NCBI GenBank assembly: GCA_043732485.1
Contig: JAYTHP010000114.1
Coordinates: forward strand, 10,006-74,005
DNA: 64,000 nucleotides
Source: Oligoflexia bacterium
GTDB taxonomy: Bacteria; Bdellovibrionota; UBA1018
Direction of reading: 5' to 3'
Positions 62,822 through 64,000 of the stretch are shown here, one piece after another (position 1 is the stretch's first letter; every line of letters starts with the position of its first letter). Under the pieces are notes generated by a model. That model ran no database searches, had not been told where the DNA came from, and worked only from the letters and a program-made list of their open reading frames with translations. Made by a program: the position numbers and the translations under genes.

Positions 62822-64000
62822 ATGACCTGTCATGGCGCAACGTTTTGCCAGCGGGCATTGAGCCGCAGGCGGTTGCTCGTTTTGCCACTCCTGATACTGG
62901 CACTTCACGGGCTTGCGGCCGCTGATGTGGCCATTACGGTGGGTGCTGATTCGGAGGCTTTTTTGGGTCAATTAGCCAGTCTACAGCTTCACCCAACCGT
63001 CTTGCCGACACAAACTGGCCATTTTCCGGAAAACACTCAAAGTTTTGTCAGACTCTATCACCCAACTCTCAACCCGCGCACCGTGAGCGTGGTTCACCAA
63101 AAAGTCTGGATCCAGGTTCCCGCAAAGCTGACCTATGATCTTTTAATGGAGCTACTGATTAAAGTTCGCTCCGCGCAGACTTTTGGCGCAGCAAGCATTC
63201 ATGCTTTTGCTCCCTGCCCCCTTGCGCAAGTCGAGCTGATCCCACCGCCAGGCGACCTGCCGCCTCAAACAGCTCTCTCGCTGGAACACTTACTGATGCA
63301 GGCCGGCTGTCAGCAGGTGTGGGAAGGTAAAAGCTCGCGGTGGTTGCAAACCCCAGTCAGCTCTCCTGCGAGGGTAGCGGCGGCTCCTGCGCTTCAAAAA
63401 TCCTCAGTCGCGGCTCCCTTTTGGATTGCAGGTCACTTGCATACCGCCTTGCGCGATGAAGTGGCGCAGCTGCTCGGACAAACGGCCTATGCGTTTGCCG
63501 AGTTGCAACAACACCCTGAGCAATTACTGCATCAACGCATCTACTGGATTGCCTCAGCCATTCCCCCCGTCAATGACACGTTTTTCACCTTGCTTGCGCA
63601 AGTCCATTTTTTAGTCCAACACGGAGCCGAAGTCATCTGGATTGCTCCCTATCTCCCCTACGCTCGCTCGGATAAGCCTGAGTTTCAATGGGGAGTCGCC
63701 AGTGTCGGTAAATTAGCCGCTGATTTGATGGAAGGCAGCGGTATCCAAGGCATTAAAGTGGTCAGAGCCCATGCTCCGCAATCGCTCGCTTTTTTTAAAA
63801 TCTTTGCCGAAGAACTGACCGGACGCCCGACCCTGATTGCCTACCTCCTACAGCAGCAAATCGACTGTATCGTTTCTCCGGATGCCGGCTTTCAGAAAGA
63901 TGCCACTCTGGTGCAACTCGAACTCGAACAGGCTTATCAAGCAGCGGGCACGCCAAAAACCGTCTGCCTTGCGGTCATGAATAAAAGACGCAGCTTTGAT
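62822..64000 (+). CDS. ribose-phosphate pyrophosphokinase-like protein with signal peptide and extra N-terminal domain, partial
   Basis: Open frame from ATG 62780/62822 to the window end (my translation). PYLPYARSDK, AADLMEGSG, HAPQSLAFF, IVSPDAG, MNKRR. Confidence 0.85.
   Translation, partial: MTCHGATFCQRALSRRRLLVLPLLILALHGLAAADVAITVGADSEAFLGQLASLQLHPTVLPTQTGHFPENTQSFVRLYHPTLNPRTVSVVHQKVWIQVPAKLTYDLLMELLIKVRSAQTFGAASIHAFAPCPLAQVELIPPPGDLPPQTALSLEHLLMQAGCQQVWEGKSSRWLQTPVSSPARVAAAPALQKSSVAAPFWIAGHLHTALRDEVAQLLGQTAYAFAELQQHPEQLLHQRIYWIASAIPPVNDTFFTLLAQVHFLVQHGAEVIWIAPYLPYARSDKPEFQWGVASVGKLAADLMEGSGIQGIKVVRAHAPQSLAFFKIFAEELTGRPTLIAYLLQQQIDCIVSPDAGFQKDATLVQLELEQAYQAAGTPKTVCLAVMNKRRSFD

Noticed and set aside
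1..64000. CRISPR array, tRNA, rRNA, intact transposase or integrase
   Set aside because: I saw no regularly spaced repeats, recognisable RNA gene motifs or matching ORFs by eye. A covariance-model scan would be needed to exclude small RNAs.

Overview
Bacterial chromosomal segment. Gene content and order suggest a Bdellovibrionota/former deltaproteobacterial lineage (inference, not searched). The housekeeping backbone contains a MinD/ParA tail, a J-like/HTH gene, rluD, pgeF, an orphan oppA, ccdA plus VKOR-DsbA, tatD, a DEAD-box helicase, an S53 sedolisin, sucA-sucB-lpdA, a gluzincin/PD40/Omp85-like protein, ygfZ, yhaM, ftsE-ftsX-envC-ctpA-xseA-M23, tolQRA...tolB, a thiolase and a degenerate sigma54-type activator. 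Three accessory or decaying zones interrupt it. (1) At 2.4-6.2 kb there is an antitoxin remnant and two tandem pseudogenes of a signal peptide/F-box-like/RI-type LRR family, whose intact member lies at 57906-59303. (2) At 47-51 kb an island splits tolA from tolB. It holds two AAA-14/DUF4143 ATPase pseudogenes, an LRR relic, inverted repeats and a perfect palindrome with 32-bp arms. (3) At 59.3-64 kb there is a tandem duplication of a CxxCH lipoprotein plus a PRPP-synthetase-like gene. That gene has a twin-arginine-like signal peptide and an apparently duplicated N-domain, runs off the window and is absent from the ORF track. An array of three SH3/beta-barrel paralogs is also present. I recognised no tRNA, rRNA, CRISPR array or intact transposase. 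All calls come from reading motifs by eye; no database search was run.
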